Shown here piece by piece: positions 20,895 to 31,032 of a stretch of 64,000 nucleotides of DNA (positions within the stretch are counted from its first letter, which is position 1; every line of letters starts with the position of its first letter). The notes beneath the pieces are model-generated. The model was given only the letters and a program-made list of their open reading frames with translations, had not been told where the DNA came from and made no database searches. Made by a program: the position numbers and the translations under genes. This stretch comes from Nitrosopumilaceae archaeon (GTDB taxonomy: Archaea; Thermoproteota; Nitrososphaeria; Nitrososphaerales; Nitrosopumilaceae). The DNA lies in NCBI GenBank assembly GCA_965200155.1, contig CBDATR010000010.1, positions 64,001-128,000 of the forward strand. The letters are read 5' to 3'.

Positions 20895-21235
20895 TAGACC
20901 TTATGCGCAGAATCATTTGCCCAACATTACACGCTTAAACCAAGTTTATAGATACAAATGATTTGTCCAACACACACGTGTGTTAAACAGAAAAGGTCTA
21001 ATCTTGTAATATCTGGTATGCTAAAAGTAGAAGAACTCACCAAGGAGCAGTTAATAACAGAGTACAACCGGCTACGCACCGAGTCTGAGGCCGAAGTAAC
21101 AAACCTGCGTGGAAAAGTTGACAGTTTACGTGGAAAAAATGACAGCTTGTGTGGAAAAGTTGACAGCCTGCACGCCAAACTTGAAGCACACAATTCCCTT
21201 GTTTCAAATCTTGATGATGTCATAGAACGCAAGGA

Positions 21236-21327
21236 GTATGAGTTCACGTCTTCCGGAATCTTGTGCACAAATCACATTAACTGTCGCGATCAGTTGTGCG
21301 TAAATTTAGACACAGGTGAACTCATAC
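21236..21327 (+). mobile_element. MITE-A copy 5 (92 bp), inside IS5 transposase
   Basis: Perfect TIRs; 8-bp TSD CGCAAGGA. Confidence 0.93.
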
Positions 21328-21632
21328 CGCAAGGATTCGCTGACCGGATGCTCTCCGGAAGAGTTCACTTGGATACTGACCAGATTCAAGGAATATGTGG
21401 AATCTCTGGAAGGTGATGATACACGACGATTCCTAGAGATTGCAAATGATCGCGTACATGTTAACAAATTTCCAATTCGCCACCTGCTCTTAGTTACACT
21501 GATACACCTGCGCTGCAATACAAAACAGGAGCTGCTAGCAGCAATACTCAAGATAAATCAATCAAACATATGCAGATATATCCAGTTTACAAAGCGGGGT
21601 ATGATCAAGATACTTCCAACAGCAGATACAAT

Positions 21633-21724
21633 GTATGAGTTCACGTCTTCCGGAATCTTATGCATAAATCACATTAACTGTAGCGATCAGTTATGCGTAA
21701 ATTTAGACACAGGTGAACTCATAC
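21633..21724 (+). mobile_element. MITE-A copy 6 (92 bp), inside IS5 transposase
   Basis: Perfect TIRs; 8-bp TSD GATACAAT. Confidence 0.93.
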
Positions 21725-21761
21725 GATACAATTGCGGATGCGCTATCGCGGATCAAGTCAG

Positions 21762-23277
21762 TAGACCTTATGCGCATGATTGACAGGAATAGCCCATGTT
21801 GCTTCAAACTGGGGTGTATTTTATGGCACACAATCAGTCAAGCATGAACAATGTGAATGGCACCTGCCAGCACTAACGTATGCCGTGATTGCAAATGTCA
21901 TGTAGTGGGGTGACCGGATCTTGATGACGTATATCATGAGTGAGCTAAATGGTTACCACAAAACCCATTAATTTAGTGGATTTTCTGATGAGTAATATTC
22001 GAAGAAATTATGGACAGATATTTTTCAAGAATTTCTTGTACCTGGTATGCTTGTGCATAATGTGTAAATTATGCAACCCGGATACTACGAGTAGATCTTC
22101 CCGGAATTCCTCACGACTGCCATCATATACCTGACTTAATCTACGATATACCTTTAGCATTCGAATTACATTCTCGATTAATATGCGCCTTTTTGATACA
22201 TATTGGTTGTATTTCCTTTCAGTTTTAGTGAGTGATTCCCTACCCCTGTATGGAATTATGACCTTTGCGCCGGGTAGGAAGTCTTTCATACCCTGGTATC
22301 CTGCATCTGCTATTACTGTTATCTTCTCAGATGGCAGCGTGGTTGATTCTTTTAGGGACTTGCCCCATTTGCCTCCAAGGGGAATATCATTCTTGAATAT
22401 ACCATAATCGTGTCTTTTTCCCTCATATACTCCACTGACGTGAATTATCAGTCTTTTCTTGTTTGATGTTATCTGTACGTTATACGTGTGGGTTTTTTGT
22501 TTACCAGAGTACATTGCCTCCTGATTTTTTTCAGGACGTTGTACGCGTACATGTGTCCCGTCAGTCTTTATCTCCCCTCCGGCTCGGCCTGGAACAATTT
22601 CCTTAAAGTCCGATGCTGACTTGATTTGTGATATTGCTTTTGCAACGGTATCGGCCGTTGGGAGTATCTTGATCAGTCCCTGCTTTGTAAACTGGATGTA
22701 ACGACATATGTTTGACTGGTTTATCTTGAGTATTGCTGCCAGCAGCTCCTGCTTTGTATTGCAGCGCAGGCGTATCAGTGTAACTAAGAGTACATGCCTG
22801 ACCGGAAATTTGTTCACATGGCCGCGATCATTTGTAAGTTCTAAGAATCGCCGTGCATCATCGCCTTCCAGGGACTCTACGTATTCTGTGAATCTGATTA
22901 GTATCCATTTGAACTCTTCCGGGGTGCATCCGGTCAGGGAATGAAGCTGATCCTTGCGTTCTATGATGTCATCAAGATTTGAAACGAGGGCATTCTTTGT
23001 TTGAGCTTCAAGTTTGGCGTGCAGGCTGTCATTTTTTCCACGCAGGTTTGTTACTTCGGCCTCAGACTCGGTGCGTAGCCGGTTGTATTCTGTGACTAAC
23101 TGCTCCTTGGTGAGTTCTTCTACTTTTAGCATACCTGGTATTACAAAATTAGGTCTTAACTTTTCTGTTTCACACGAGTCTGTGTGGGAAAACCCATGAT
23201 ACTAGGTCGATTGTTCGTATCTAACAACTTGGTTTAGACGTGCAGGGTGGGAGAAGTGATTCTGCGCATACGGTCTA
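21762..23277 (-). mobile_element. Apparently intact IS5-family (ISL2/Harbinger-like) insertion sequence
   Basis: TIRs TAGACCTTATGCGCA / TGCGCATACGGTCTA enclosing a 374-aa transposase. Confidence 0.9.
22008..23132 (-). CDS. IS5-family DDE transposase (HTH_Tnp_4 + DDE_Tnp_4) with N-terminal coiled coil
   Basis: DGTHV..QRP, YSGKQKTH, HDY, ADAGYQG, RILIENVIRMLK motifs. Confidence 0.92.
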   Translation of the reverse strand: MLKVEELTKEQLVTEYNRLRTESEAEVTNLRGKNDSLHAKLEAQTKNALVSNLDDIIERKDQLHSLTGCTPEEFKWILIRFTEYVESLEGDDARRFLELTNDRGHVNKFPVRHVLLVTLIRLRCNTKQELLAAILKINQSNICRYIQFTKQGLIKILPTADTVAKAISQIKSASDFKEIVPGRAGGEIKTDGTHVRVQRPEKNQEAMYSGKQKTHTYNVQITSNKKRLIIHVSGVYEGKRHDYGIFKNDIPLGGKWGKSLKESTTLPSEKITVIADAGYQGMKDFLPGAKVIIPYRGRESLTKTERKYNQYVSKRRILIENVIRMLKVYRRLSQVYDGSREEFREDLLVVSGLHNLHIMHKHTRYKKFLKNICP

Positions 23278-23327
23278 TTGTATCGAGTAGTATAATTTAA
23301 GACACAAGTACATGTAATAAATTGTCA

Positions 23328-24395
23328 TCACACGGTAGTCCCGGTTGCCTCCCCCACCACCTTCCCATCAAAATCAAACATAATTACCGTCATGTCCAGG
23401 CGTGGTGATTTCGCGCCAAGGTGGCCCAGCGCAAGTTCACATATCCTATCAAAGAGTTTTGTTATACCATCTCTTTGCGCAATCTCCATCACATGTCTGG
23501 CAGTGTTGGCTCCCCGTATATCACGTATAGTGGAGTCTCCTGCACCACACTGGGATGCTGCCTCGGCCAAAAGTCCCATGTTCACCTTGGAGCCCTTGAC
23601 ATGCGTCTGGGACACACCAGCGGCCATCTTTGCCAGCTTGCCCACAAAGCCCACCACGTATACCTTGCGCATATTCTTTTTGTCGCATTGCTGTACCGTA
23701 TACCCCACAAAATCACCCATCTGAACAAAACAGTGATCAGGCAAGGATATCATATCATGGGCAAAAGTCTCGCTGCGCCCACCAGTGGTAAGCACAACCG
23801 TATAGTCACCGGCCGCGGCTGCCACATCTAAATTCTGTCGTATGGATGCCGCATACGACGCGGTAGAAAATGGTACCACTATACCGCTAGTTCCCAGGAT
23901 AGATATGCCGCCAACAATACCCAGTCGCGGATTGTCCGTCTTGTGGGCAAGATCCCGACCGGCAGGCACCGATACTGTGACTTGTAATCCCCCGGGTTCA
24001 CCATCGGCAGCCTCCCGAAGATTCTCCAAAATCATGCGCCTCGGCACAGGGTTTATGGCCGGTCCCCCCACCTTAAGGCCCAATCCAGGCTTGGTTACCA
24101 CCCCGACTCCGGGTCCACCCTCTATGCTAATGCCATTACCAGATGTGCGCGACAGATTCACCACTATACTCGCCCCATGAGTCACGTCCGGATCATCGCC
24201 CCCGTCTTTTATGACACAGGACTCCACCCCATCACTCAATTTTATGCAGGATTCAATGGGTATGGTAATGTGGCTCCCCTTCGGTAATAGTACTGGCACC
24301 GATTCCACGTGTTCCCCATTCATGAGAAGAAAGGCGGCACGGGCTCCCGCGGCGGCGCATGTTCCAGTAGTATAACCAGTGCGAAGACTCACCAC
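23328..24395 (-). CDS. cbiD: Cobalt-precorrin-5B C1-methyltransferase
   Basis: LRTGYTTGTCAAA, KDGGDDPDVTHG, NPRLGIVGGISILGTSG motifs. Confidence 0.96.
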   Translation of the reverse strand: MVSLRTGYTTGTCAAAGARAAFLLMNGEHVESVPVLLPKGSHITIPIESCIKLSDGVESCVIKDGGDDPDVTHGASIVVNLSRTSGNGISIEGGPGVGVVTKPGLGLKVGGPAINPVPRRMILENLREAADGEPGGLQVTVSVPAGRDLAHKTDNPRLGIVGGISILGTSGIVVPFSTASYAASIRQNLDVAAAAGDYTVVLTTGGRSETFAHDMISLPDHCFVQMGDFVGYTVQQCDKKNMRKVYVVGFVGKLAKMAAGVSQTHVKGSKVNMGLLAEAASQCGAGDSTIRDIRGANTARHVMEIAQRDGITKLFDRICELALGHLGAKSPRLDMTVIMFDFDGKVVGEATGTTV

Positions 24396-24445
24396 TCTAT
24401 TACCACACGCGTAATTTTTAATCCTTCCAGCGCGACACAGACACC

Positions 24446-25291
24446 ATGACCAACGTACTGGTGACTGGCGCGGGAGGTTTTGTGGCCAGACACGTACGCC
24501 GACATCTTACAGAGCGGGGCTTTAATTTGGTTGCCGCATCAAGACGACCCATCCCCCCCTTCAAGAACGAGGCCACAATACGCACCATTCTATATGATGA
24601 GGAGTCATTTCCGGAACGCGTACAAAACTTTGATGCGGTTCTGCATCTTGTCGGTAACGGTAAGCAGACGGCCCAGAATTCATACCACTCATCAAATGTA
24701 CAGACAACCAATAAAATAATACGAATATGCCAAACGGCAAACATAAAACGCATCATATACATGAGCGGCCTGGGGGTTTCACCGGACTCCACCCTTGGCT
24801 ATTTCATATCAAAGTACAATGCGGAGCAGGCCATCATAAACTCGGGCATAGAATATACCATATTTCGCCCATCATACATAATAGGTCCCGATGACTTACT
24901 AACCCGCAACCTGCAAAAACAGATTCTGTCCGGCCGCATCACCATACCGGGATCCGGCAAATACAGGATGCAGCCGGTATCCATTAAAGATGTCATTAAG
25001 GTACTGGAGATGGCAGTATTAGGAGAGCTGCCAAACCGCACACTGGACTTGGTGGGTCCGAGAACCATCTCCTTTCTGGAGTACATCAGGGCACTTGCAG
25101 GGCCCGGCACCACCATATCCCACACGGACATCGAGGCCGCATACAGGCAGGCAATCACAGATACTAACCCTGCCTATGAAGTAGACGATCTCTGCATAAT
25201 GATAGCTGGATTTACGGGAAACCACACTGACATACATCAGGCAACGGGAATAGAATTCTCCGATTTCTTAAAGACCGGCATCTGCCCGTAG
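24446..25291 (+). CDS. NAD-dependent epimerase/dehydratase (atypical SDR, NDUFA9-like)
   Basis: VTGAGGFVA Rossmann motif, [13 protein letters not shown]. Confidence 0.85.
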   Translation: MTNVLVTGAGGFVARHVRRHLTERGFNLVAASRRPIPPFKNEATIRTILYDEESFPERVQNFDAVLHLVGNGKQTAQNSYHSSNVQTTNKIIRICQTANIKRIIYMSGLGVSPDSTLGYFISKYNAEQAIINSGIEYTIFRPSYIIGPDDLLTRNLQKQILSGRITIPGSGKYRMQPVSIKDVIKVLEMAVLGELPNRTLDLVGPRTISFLEYIRALAGPGTTISHTDIEAAYRQAITDTNPAYEVDDLCIMIAGFTGNHTDIHQATGIEFSDFLKTGICP

Positions 25292-26437
25292 ATTTGCAAC
25301 CCTGTCGGTCTTTTCCCAGGTAAAATCATCATCCTGGCGCCCAAAGTGGCCATAAGTGGAGGTTTTTTGATATATTGGCCGTTTGAGATTCAGCTGCTCA
25401 ATTATTCCGGCCGGTGTCAAGTCAAAGTTCTTTTGCACTATATCCTGTATGGCATCATCAGGGATACGGCCGGTACCAAATGTCTGCACCAAGAGAGACA
25501 CAGGCTCGCTCATCCCTATGGCGTAAGCCACCTGAACCTCACACCTGTCCGCAAGGCCCGCGGCTACAACATTCTTGGCTACATACCTGCACATGTAACA
25601 GGCAGATCTGTCCACTTTTGATGGATCCTTGCCGGAGAATGCGCCGCCGCCGTGCCGGGCCATTCCACCATAGGTATCCACAATTATCTTGCGCCCCGTA
25701 ACACCGGCATCGCCATGGGGACCACCTATAACAAAACGGCCCGTAGGATTGATGTGTATTTTTATGCCGTCATGCCACAATTTATCCAGGACCGGTTTTA
25801 TCACTATATCCGTTATAGTGGAACGTATGGTATCCTGAGAGACTGCCGAGTCATGCTGTGTTGAAACCACGACAGTTTCCACATTCACAGGTTTGCCATT
25901 CTCGTACGTAACGGATACCTGAGACTTGCCATCTGGTCGAATCCACGGTATGGAACCATTCCTGCGCATATCCGCAAGGCGCCTTGTTATTTTGTGTGCA
26001 AGATATATGGGCAGGGGCATAAGATCCAAAGTCTCGTTAGTAGCATACCCGAACATAAGCCCCTGATCCCCGGCACCCTGTTCCCGCTCAGCAGTGGAGG
26101 TGACACCCTGACCAATATCCGGACTTTGCGGATGCAGACGCAGAATAATCTCACACGAATCGGCGGCAAACTTTAGTGAATCATCATCATATCCTATATG
26201 GCGTATTATGCGACGCACCAATTCCACCTGATCCTCGTGATCCAGTTTTGCCCTTGTGGTTACCTCTCCGGCAACCATGACCGACCCAGTAGCTACCAAG
26301 GTCTCCACAGCCACACGGGAATCCGGATCCTGACTCAAATACGCGTCCACAAACGCGTCAGATATCTGATCACACACCTTGTCAGGGTGGCCTTCAGTTA
26401 CTGATTCGGAAGTAAACAGAAATCGGTTAGAGCTCAT
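25268..26437 (-). CDS. metK: S-adenosylmethionine synthetase (bacterial/eukaryotic type)
   Basis: [35 protein letters not shown] signatures. Confidence 0.97.
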   Translation of the reverse strand: MSSNRFLFTSESVTEGHPDKVCDQISDAFVDAYLSQDPDSRVAVETLVATGSVMVAGEVTTRAKLDHEDQVELVRRIIRHIGYDDDSLKFAADSCEIILRLHPQSPDIGQGVTSTAEREQGAGDQGLMFGYATNETLDLMPLPIYLAHKITRRLADMRRNGSIPWIRPDGKSQVSVTYENGKPVNVETVVVSTQHDSAVSQDTIRSTITDIVIKPVLDKLWHDGIKIHINPTGRFVIGGPHGDAGVTGRKIIVDTYGGMARHGGGAFSGKDPSKVDRSACYMCRYVAKNVVAAGLADRCEVQVAYAIGMSEPVSLLVQTFGTGRIPDDAIQDIVQKNFDLTPAGIIEQLNLKRPIYQKTSTYGHFGRQDDDFTWEKTDRVANLRADAGL

Positions 26438-26669
26438 TTTCCAGTTTTATGAACAATACATTATTACCTCGCACTATAACCCTGCCATACTTTCCCACCA
26501 TCTTACTGGCCTGTATTTCCTCGGCATCGGTCATGATTAAATTCATGTAAGAGTCCACATTATTCATCTTGCCCTTGTATTCCACCTCATTCTTCAACCT
26601 CACGGTAACCATTTTTTTGGTATTCTTTTGTAGTGCCGACAATGGCCGCTGTATGTTCACGTGTGACAT
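26427..26669 (-). CDS. Sm-like (Lsm/SmAP) RNA-binding protein
   Basis: Sm1 D.YMNL and Sm2 VIVRGNNV motifs. Confidence 0.92.
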   Translation of the reverse strand: MSHVNIQRPLSALQKNTKKMVTVRLKNEVEYKGKMNNVDSYMNLIMTDAEEIQASKMVGKYGRVIVRGNNVLFIKLENEL

Positions 26670-26720
26670 ATCACTGATTTAACGTCAAAATATAGGCTCA
26701 TAAAAAGCCTTCCTTTCCAC

Positions 26721-27900
26721 TACTTTGTTGCATAACTCCAAACAAGTTAGATTAAAAACGTATGTGAGAAACGGTTTGAGTATTTTTGTTTATTCTGTCA
26801 TAGTGATTACTAACTTGGATCCAAGCATTAACATCTGAGACTTTTTAAACAAACTTGATGGTATTCACCTACAATGCCAAGTACGTCCAGCGGAAGGCTA
26901 TTTGGCTTTGATCATGCGTGGAATTGAAAAGTCCAACCATAACAAGGAGAGTGCTCCCTACCGGTATGTCGTGGACATGTTACATGACACTGAGAACGGC
27001 ATTAGGTATGAGATACAGGCAGGTATCCGGATTCCTTGCAGGACTACTAGAAGGGCATCAAACCCCGTACTACACTACAGACGCGGAAAAGATCTTGACA
27101 TTAACAAGGGGAATGGCATGATTGTCGGCACAGACAAAAAGCTGACGAGGGCCAATGATTGTGGACTCGACCGGCCTTGAATCGTGGTGAGTGGATTAGG
27201 GCCAAATGGAAAAAGAGACGCGGATTCATCAGTGCTCGCGGACTGGGAGAACATATGCATTTACGGTTACCGGCGAGTGGGTTGGGGATACGCGCATGTT
27301 AAACAATGCAGTACTGGGCTCGTATGCAGAAGAGCCACAACTGGACAGGAAGCACACCCTGGAATTGGAAAGTTCCGGACCCATTGCAACAGTTGCCATC
27401 TCTGGCAGGACCAACAGATAAGCCACCACCCGGAAACGCGCTGACTAACGGTGTGTCCCCCTTACCGAATAATGATGAGAAGCGCGCATTTAATCTGGAA
27501 TTACTTGCGGATGGCGCATACGCGTCCAGGGGTAACATGAAATTGTGCAGTGATAATCGAATCCGGACAACCATTCCACTTCATCTAAATTCCACCAAAG
27601 GAAAGGCGACTCATGTGGACTTGCAGTCTTGGAGGAAGCCCGGAATCGCCCATTTTCCACCTTTCTGATGAGGAAAAGGCCAAAAACAAGCAGTACTTGA
27701 AGGCGGCAAAAGGATACAACAGGCGATGGATAATCTAGATAATCATAGAGCTGGTTCCCGTTCAAACGATTATTCGGACACGGATTAATGGCACGGAAAT
27801 GGGATAACATACGAGTACAACGAGTAGGTGGACGCGGTAGCAACGTAGATTACGACATGGGGAACCTGTATTCTGTCAGAGTCAGTTATGCAACAAACTC
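26721..27900 (+). mobile_element. Degenerate IS5-family (ISH1-like) element, copy 1
   Basis: TIRs ..TTTGTTGCATAACT / AGTTATGCAACAAACTC; 8-bp TSD CTTTCCAC; fragmented transposase with LADGAY motif. Confidence 0.88.
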
Positions 27901-28021
27901 CTTTCCACTTTAATTTTAAAGAACTGGCCCGGCAGACCCAAATTTGACAAAGACCTGCACGCAACTGAGTCCAGAAATAAACCTTGGATACAATTAAAAA
28001 CTAGTAAAAAATACTTTTTAC

Positions 28022-28399
28022 ATGGATAAAAATCAGTGGAAGAGTATCTGTGACACCATAACTGGATTTAGTGCGCACATTCGCTTTGCGGGTGTCATAG
28101 GGGAGAGAGGCGAACTACTGGCATATGCCAGAAGGGATAACCTAAGTGCGCTTTTGGATTCCAAGAGTTCACATTACCAATTCTCACACATAGCCATGAA
28201 GACGGATCTGGAGGCTTTCTTTGATGAGAATCTGGGCAAGATTGAATTTGTGTGGGAAGAGCGCGAAAAGGTACAGATAATATCCTTTGCCATTGACAAG
28301 TTGCGCATTTGGATATCAATAGATCGCATGGTGGTACGATCCGAGGTACTCAGAATAATAGACTCGTGTCTGCCCATAGCACAAAGATACTCAAATTAG
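28022..28399 (+). CDS. Conserved thaumarchaeal hypothetical protein (roadblock/longin-like)
   Basis: IRFAGVI...GELL pattern typical of a Nitrososphaerota family; TATA-like element upstream. Confidence 0.65.
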   Translation: MDKNQWKSICDTITGFSAHIRFAGVIGERGELLAYARRDNLSALLDSKSSHYQFSHIAMKTDLEAFFDENLGKIEFVWEEREKVQIISFAIDKLRIWISIDRMVVRSEVLRIIDSCLPIAQRYSN

Positions 28400-28403
28400 A
28401 TAC

Positions 28404-29342
28404 CTACTCGTACAGCCAACATTTTACATAACCGCCCGGTCCGGAGAGATCCGGCGGATCCTTGTTACACTTTTCCATGGCATCAGGACACCTAGCCATA
28501 AAACGACAACTGGTAGGCGGGGCAGTCAGGGCGGGCGGGGTCCCGGATATATACGAGGGCTTGGTTCCCCGCAACCGAGGTATTGATGCCAGGAGACCCT
28601 GAGTGTACGGGTGTTGGGGGCTTGTGTAAATGTCATGAGCGGATCCAAACTCCACAAGCTGCCCTGCATACATTATACCCACCTTGTCTGCTATCTCAGA
28701 GAGTAGTGCCAAATCATGAGTTATGAACAGAAATGACGTACCAGATACCTTCATTCGCTTTAGCATATTCATGATTCTGGCCTGCACCAAAACATCCAGC
28801 GCGGTGGTTGGCTCATCGGCTATTACCAAGTCCGGTTTCAGTAACAAAGCCATAGATATAATCACCCTCTGCTTCATTCCCCCACTTAGCTCATGGGGAT
28901 AGCGGCGGAGAACCGAGGAGTCCAGGTTCACAGACTCCACTGCATGTGCAATTACGTCATCCAAATTCCCTTCAACAGAGTGCTGACGAAGCACTTCCAG
29001 GAATTGTTCCCTTACTGTATATACTGGATCAAGGGAGCTCATGGCGCCCTGAAATATCATGGAAATTCTCTTCCAGCGATATATGGCATCAAAATCCTGA
29101 TCAGAGATGCCAGCCAGCAATGTGTCTCCAAAGTGTATGGAACCGTTGCTGATTTTGCCACCGGAAAGCATACGCATAATGGCCAAGCCCAATGTGCTCT
29201 TACCGCATGCGCTCTCCCCCACGATACCCACCGTCTCGCCTGGATTAATGTCAAAGCTGACATGGTCTACCGCGTATGCCGGGCCGGAATTAGCATGATA
29301 CGTTACCGACATGTCACGCAATGATAGCAGGCTCATACTCAT
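28404..29342 (-). CDS. Oligopeptide/dipeptide ABC transporter ATP-binding subunit (OppD/DppD-like)
   Basis: GESACGKS, YPHELSGGMKQR, DEPTTALD, HPYT and C-terminal Cys cluster. Confidence 0.93.
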   Translation of the reverse strand: MSMSLLSLRDMSVTYHANSGPAYAVDHVSFDINPGETVGIVGESACGKSTLGLAIMRMLSGGKISNGSIHFGDTLLAGISDQDFDAIYRWKRISMIFQGAMSSLDPVYTVREQFLEVLRQHSVEGNLDDVIAHAVESVNLDSSVLRRYPHELSGGMKQRVIISMALLLKPDLVIADEPTTALDVLVQARIMNMLKRMKVSGTSFLFITHDLALLSEIADKVGIMYAGQLVEFGSAHDIYTSPQHPYTQGLLASIPRLRGTKPSYISGTPPALTAPPTSCRFMARCPDAMEKCNKDPPDLSGPGGYVKCWLYE

Positions 29343-29367
29343 GGTTTGTGATAAGCATAATTTCTTT

Positions 29368-30084
29368 TTATGCCAATGGGGGCAGTGTCTTTTTCATATA
29401 GCGATCCCATAGCACGCCCAGAACAAATCCCTGTATAACCCAGTAAATGGTCATACTGATGGCGCTAGTTGCAAGAAAGCCCGCCATGTCAGGCATCTGG
29501 GAGGGCTCATCAGGACTGGCAGGCATTAGTACCATTGTGACTACAAACACGGCTCCAAGACCAGCCAGTATAACGCCCAACCGGCGTGGAGCCGCACTAT
29601 ACGCATGAAGTGACAACAGACCTGCAACTCCCAGTATTGCCACAAGAGATAGCATTAGAATAGTGCGTAACACCAGCGTCTCCGGATCCCCCGATGCGGG
29701 AGGGTTGGGAGGATATTTTATGAATGGTGCCAGATACATTACGACCCAAGCACCACCGGCCAGAATCATGCTCTTTTGTATGGCACTACGGCCGGGTAGT
29801 TTCTTACGAAACAGTACAAAGACCGCACAGAATAGTGCACCAAAGGCCACTCCCATAATCAGGCTTCCCAGAATCATGCCGCTCTTTTGCCACATGCGGT
29901 ACTCATTGTAATCGGCGCGGAACTGCGCGGTATCCTGTTCCTCACCGGATGCAAAGAGACTCTGATTCTCTATCTCGATGGCCTGATCTAGGTACGGTTC
30001 TACCAAAATTAGTACAGATGCCCCATATATCAGACCAGATACGGCGCCACATGCTAATGCCAGCAATATTAGAGATGTGTTCAT
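29368..30084 (-). CDS. cbtA: Cobalt transporter subunit CbtA
   Basis: EPYLDQAIEIE, PFIKYPPNPPA motifs, five TM segments; follows cbtB. Confidence 0.88.
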   Translation of the reverse strand: MNTSLILLALACGAVSGLIYGASVLILVEPYLDQAIEIENQSLFASGEEQDTAQFRADYNEYRMWQKSGMILGSLIMGVAFGALFCAVFVLFRKKLPGRSAIQKSMILAGGAWVVMYLAPFIKYPPNPPASGDPETLVLRTILMLSLVAILGVAGLLSLHAYSAAPRRLGVILAGLGAVFVVTMVLMPASPDEPSQMPDMAGFLATSAISMTIYWVIQGFVLGVLWDRYMKKTLPPLA

Positions 30085-30096
30085 GAACTCACCACA

Positions 30097-30309
30097 CTAA
30101 TGACATGGAAAGCCCGCGGCGTGTCTCATGTCATGGGTGAGCTCATGCAGGAACATGGGGTCCAATCCGCTACCATGGGCCAGATTTGCTATATGCCCCT
30201 GTTCAAAACCTACCACAAATACGCCTGTAACGAACACAGCTATCAGTACTACCATCTCGTACAGCCTAGGATGCTGTGGCCGTGCACTGCGAGTTACTGA
30301 TTCTGACAT
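30097..30309 (-). CDS. cbtB: Cobalt transporter subunit CbtB
   Basis: One TM helix and C-terminal HELTHDMRHAAGFPCH. Confidence 0.92.
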   Translation of the reverse strand: MSESVTRSARPQHPRLYEMVVLIAVFVTGVFVVGFEQGHIANLAHGSGLDPMFLHELTHDMRHAAGFPCH

Positions 30310-30498
30310 TGTAACTAGAAAATTATGTGGTTATTTAAGGATTGATTTACGTCATCTGTCTGGATGTTTGGTGTCTAAAATCAACGAATCTATGCCATAC
30401 TCAGGCCCGGAGCCCACCATTTCACCGTGCAGACACATACTCATACCAGCAAAATTCCCCACAAACAGTTATACCACATATGGCAATACCATGACTAG

Positions 30499-30572
30499 GC
30501 AGTCGTAGTATAGTTTGGTTATTATGCGAGCTTGCCAAGTTCGCGGCCCGGGTTCGAATCCCGGCGACTGCA
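30499..30572 (+). tRNA. tRNA-Gly (GCC)
   Basis: Acceptor GCAGTCG/CGACTGC-A, anticodon loop TTGCCAA, T arm CCGGG TTCGAAT CCCGG. Confidence 0.96.
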
Positions 30573-30573
30573 T

Positions 30574-31032
30574 CTATTGAAGTAATCCGCGCTCTATCAT
30601 GTCCAGCGCATCATGGACACTCTGAGGTCGGGGTAGCTGTATGGCAAATATACGGGAGCTGCCCTTGCTACCAAAGGCTAGCATTGTACTTTTTGCCATT
30701 TGCTTAAAGAACTCGAGGTGTAACCTGGCATCTATCAGTACACTCTCCCTACCACCGGCTAGATGCGCGGAGACATCCACAAAGACATGGCCCAGCCCGT
30801 CCTGCATTATGTTGAGATCCGTGTTAATGGCCATGGCACGACGCCCTTCGGTCGCCCGAATGTTGGGCGCAACTGCTCTATTGAATCGCTCATCATCCAG
30901 TATTATTACAGGAACCGTTGTACCCCCCATATCCATGCTGCCCAGATCATCATGTGAGCGGGCTTCCAGATCCTCCAAGGTGGGCGCGGGTGGAGCAGCG
31001 TCGGGCTTGCGCCGGTTAAGCCAGTTAATCAT
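30574..31032 (-). CDS. Hypothetical protein
   Basis: ORF coupled to the antiporter stop; globular composition. Confidence 0.65.
   Translation of the reverse strand: MINWLNRRKPDAAPPAPTLEDLEARSHDDLGSMDMGGTTVPVIILDDERFNRAVAPNIRATEGRRAMAINTDLNIMQDGLGHVFVDVSAHLAGGRESVLIDARLHLEFFKQMAKSTMLAFGSKGSSRIFAIQLPRPQSVHDALDMIERGLLQ

Larger units (their letters stand above)
20895..21761 (+). pseudogene. Truncated IS5 (ISL2-like) element interrupted by two MITE-A copies and by the intact IS5 copy
   Basis: Left TIR at 20895; transposase 5' part similar to 22008-23132 up to ...ADALSRIKS. Confidence 0.88.

Noticed and set aside
20958-21783. ORFs containing the recurring peptide YEFTSSGILCTNHINCRDQLCVNLDTGELI
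   Set aside because: Read-through of MITE-A sequence in pseudogenes; insertions of 100 or 107 bp shift the frame, so this is not a protein domain
25268-26437. Bacterial-type MetK in an archaeon as recent horizontal transfer
   Set aside because: I recall this type, next to the Sm gene, as usual in this lineage; composition matches core genes
30310-30490. Cobalamin riboswitch upstream of cbtB
   Set aside because: No recognisable B12-box; a TATA-like element about 25 bp before the ATG suggests a leaderless transcript
30499-30572. tRNA-Gly as an integration site
   Set aside because: No duplicate of the tRNA end and no integrase seen in the window
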